Shown: positions 25,994 to 27,460 of the stretch, piece after piece
Position numbering within the stretch: position 1 is the stretch's first letter
How the letters are laid out: the number at the start of each line of letters is the position of its first letter
Virus record (IMG/VR): IMGVR_UViG_3300044676_007359
Span: 1 to 27,460 of that record
Length of the DNA stretch: 27,460 bases
Reading direction: 5' to 3' (one strand)
From: a virus
Taxonomy: Duplodnaviria; Caudoviricetes
Made by a program: the position numbers and the translations under genes
The notes under the pieces: model-generated
The model's input: the letters and a program-made list of their open reading frames with translations, nothing else
Told to the model about the DNA's origin: nothing
Databases searched by the model: none

Positions 25994-26782
25994 ATGAGAG
26001 GCTATGGCGACCCAGAGAGCGGTGGTTTAGGCTACGGCGACCCCGAAAGCCTAGCGGGCTCAGTCTTAGAGCGCGGTTATGGATCGCCTAATCAAGAGGC
26101 GCTGCTGTATCTCGAGCTCAGATCAGCGCGCGTCCACCATCGAGGCGGCGCAAAGGTCCAGCTCACAGGCCCGCTCTCTGATGATCTCGCGCCTTATCGC
26201 CTATCTATGCAGGTAGGAGGTGAGACCGTTTATCTCTATTCAGGGATAGCCGGGCAAGGCCCTGATTTGGTCAAGAGACGAGGTGATCTTGAGGCGTTCA
26301 CGCCACCGGCGCCGGCGGGCTCATACACGCTCACCTTACATTGTGGCCCGAGCTTCTTAACTACCTACACCGTAGGCTCAGCGCTCGTGATTGAGCCTGA
26401 TAATCGAGGCGCTCAGCGCTACACCGCGCGCAGACTACCGCCGAGCTTTTACACGACCGGCGCGCGCTTTGGTGCTCAAGAGCCGGTTGATCTCGCGACA
26501 ACCAAGCCCAAGCGCCCCCCGCAGCTCCACCAGATCTTGGACATCTTCGGGCGTATTTCCCAAGAGCACGCAGGCAGCCCACAGACAGTGTTAGCGCGAG
26601 ACCACGCGCGAGGCGAGACCGCGCTAGAGCTCGAGAGCCTGTTAGGCTTCGGTGAGCGCGGCGCTGTGTACATTGACGCTCAGCGCTACTCATACACGGT
26701 CTCAGGATCTCAGCTCACCTTGAGCGGAGGTCTCAAGAGCGCCCAACCGCAGCTTAGTGAGGTGATCAAAGATGCTCCGTGA
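25994..26782 (+). CDS. Hypothetical baseplate-region protein with N-terminal GYGDP repeats and IPT/Ig-like segment
   Basis: GYGDPES x2 and GYGSP at the N-terminus; GGAKVQLTG...TPPAPAGSYTLTL resembles an IPT/TIG domain; SD GAGGAG. Confidence 0.55.
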   Translation: MRGYGDPESGGLGYGDPESLAGSVLERGYGSPNQEALLYLELRSARVHHRGGAKVQLTGPLSDDLAPYRLSMQVGGETVYLYSGIAGQGPDLVKRRGDLEAFTPPAPAGSYTLTLHCGPSFLTTYTVGSALVIEPDNRGAQRYTARRLPPSFYTTGARFGAQEPVDLATTKPKRPPQLHQILDIFGRISQEHAGSPQTVLARDHARGETALELESLLGFGERGAVYIDAQRYSYTVSGSQLTLSGGLKSAQPQLSEVIKDAP

Positions 26783-27460
26783 AGAGAGTCATATTAGAGA
26801 GGCGCGCGCAGACACCCAGATCCACCGCGCGCCGAGAGACTACCTTGAAACCCTCGCGACGCTCTACGGCCTGCCCCTCCAAGCGACCGAGACACCGCAC
26901 CTATCACAGCGCGCGTTTATCCATGAGGCGCTGTACAGTGTACGAGGCAGCTACACCGCGCTCATTAATCAGCTCAGCGGCCTGTTTCGACATCTCACCG
27001 AGGAGACCACAGCGACGCTTACACCCGGCGCCGATCCCTATCTAGTCTCACCTGACATCACTAGCGCATGGGGAGAGGAACGCTTAATCAGGGTATCAGG
27101 CGCCCTGTATCACTCAACTCACTACGACGGCGGCACCTCTCGATTATACTTGAGCCCCGCGCGATCACTCGCGATCACAGGCGCACCCACAAGCGGAAGC
27201 GCTCAGAGCGTGGATGTTGAGCTTCTACCTTTTGTGATTCGAGAGCCCCAACCGGCGCAGATCAAAGCGCAGCGCGGGCGCACCGTTGAAGCTCAATGCA
27301 CCGTGATCGTTGACATGATCTCTCCTGAGACAGAGATCACACCGCCTAGCTATTGGCGAGAGGACGCCGACGCGCGCACTAGTGACCCCTTCGGCGCTCA
27401 CATCCTCGACCTCTTCAGCTCAACAGAGAGCGAGCGCAACGGAGGCCAGCCCCCTTATCC
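26772..27460 (+). CDS. Baseplate wedge protein (P2 gpI / Mu gp48-like), 3'-truncated by window edge
   Basis: Not in the ORF track. ATG 26772 with SD GAGGTG, open to the window end: MLREESHIREARADTQIHRAPRDYLETLATLYGLP...RAFIHEALYSVRGSYTALINQL..., matching the YL.LA..YG...RG[ST]..AL pattern of gpI-like proteins. Confidence 0.65.
   Translation, partial: MLREESHIREARADTQIHRAPRDYLETLATLYGLPLQATETPHLSQRAFIHEALYSVRGSYTALINQLSGLFRHLTEETTATLTPGADPYLVSPDITSAWGEERLIRVSGALYHSTHYDGGTSRLYLSPARSLAITGAPTSGSAQSVDVELLPFVIREPQPAQIKAQRGRTVEAQCTVIVDMISPETEITPPSYWREDADARTSDPFGAHILDLFSSTESERNGGQPPY

Noticed and set aside
1622-26693. Numerous minus-strand and alternate-frame ORFs in the supplied track
   Set aside because: All lie within recognisable + strand genes, have Ser/Arg-rich shadow-frame composition, and show no motifs or SD support.
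26779-27045. 88-aa ORF MKRVILERRAQ...
   Set aside because: Shadow of the gpI-like ORF starting at 26772 in another frame, which has an SD, a family pattern and stays open to the window end.
14087-27460. Tailocin or extracellular contractile injection system
   Set aside because: Capsid, protease, scaffold and neck genes are contiguous with the tail module, so this is a phage.
1-27460. Alternative genetic code (stop-codon reassignment)
   Set aside because: Genes are full length under code 11, and TAA, TAG and TGA all end genes at plausible boundaries.

Overview
This 27.5-kb window is part of a tailed dsDNA phage (myovirus) genome. All convincing genes are on the + strand and tightly packed, often with overlapping stop/start codons. 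Order: C-terminus of a probable ribonucleotide reductase, a SNF2-family helicase, three unusual head-associated proteins, Mu gpF-like minor head protein, HK97-type prohead protease, scaffold, SPO1/Twort-like major capsid protein, neck/completion proteins, tail sheath, tube, chaperone (probably frameshifted), short tape measure, then baseplate and fibre genes running off the right edge. No terminase or portal is present. The most interesting part is 2068-9435, which looks like a capsid cargo-loading system. Two adjacent large proteins share a duplicated N-terminal module (92 bp identical) and a Lys-rich linker but carry unrelated payloads: one a repeat-flanked helical cassette, the other a DdrB-like ParB domain plus a possible beta-clamp-binding motif. 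These proteins, the protease, scaffold and capsid protein all carry hydrophobic-x-K-[A/G/S] motifs that resemble prohead-protease cleavage sites. Other oddities: a protease C-terminus that mimics the capsid N-arm, a beta-rich insertion in the head-tail adaptor, a +1/-2 chaperone frameshift, a tube-initiator/LysM/gp25 fusion and internal sigma70-like promoters. All assignments come from by-eye motif recognition and synteny; no searches were run.
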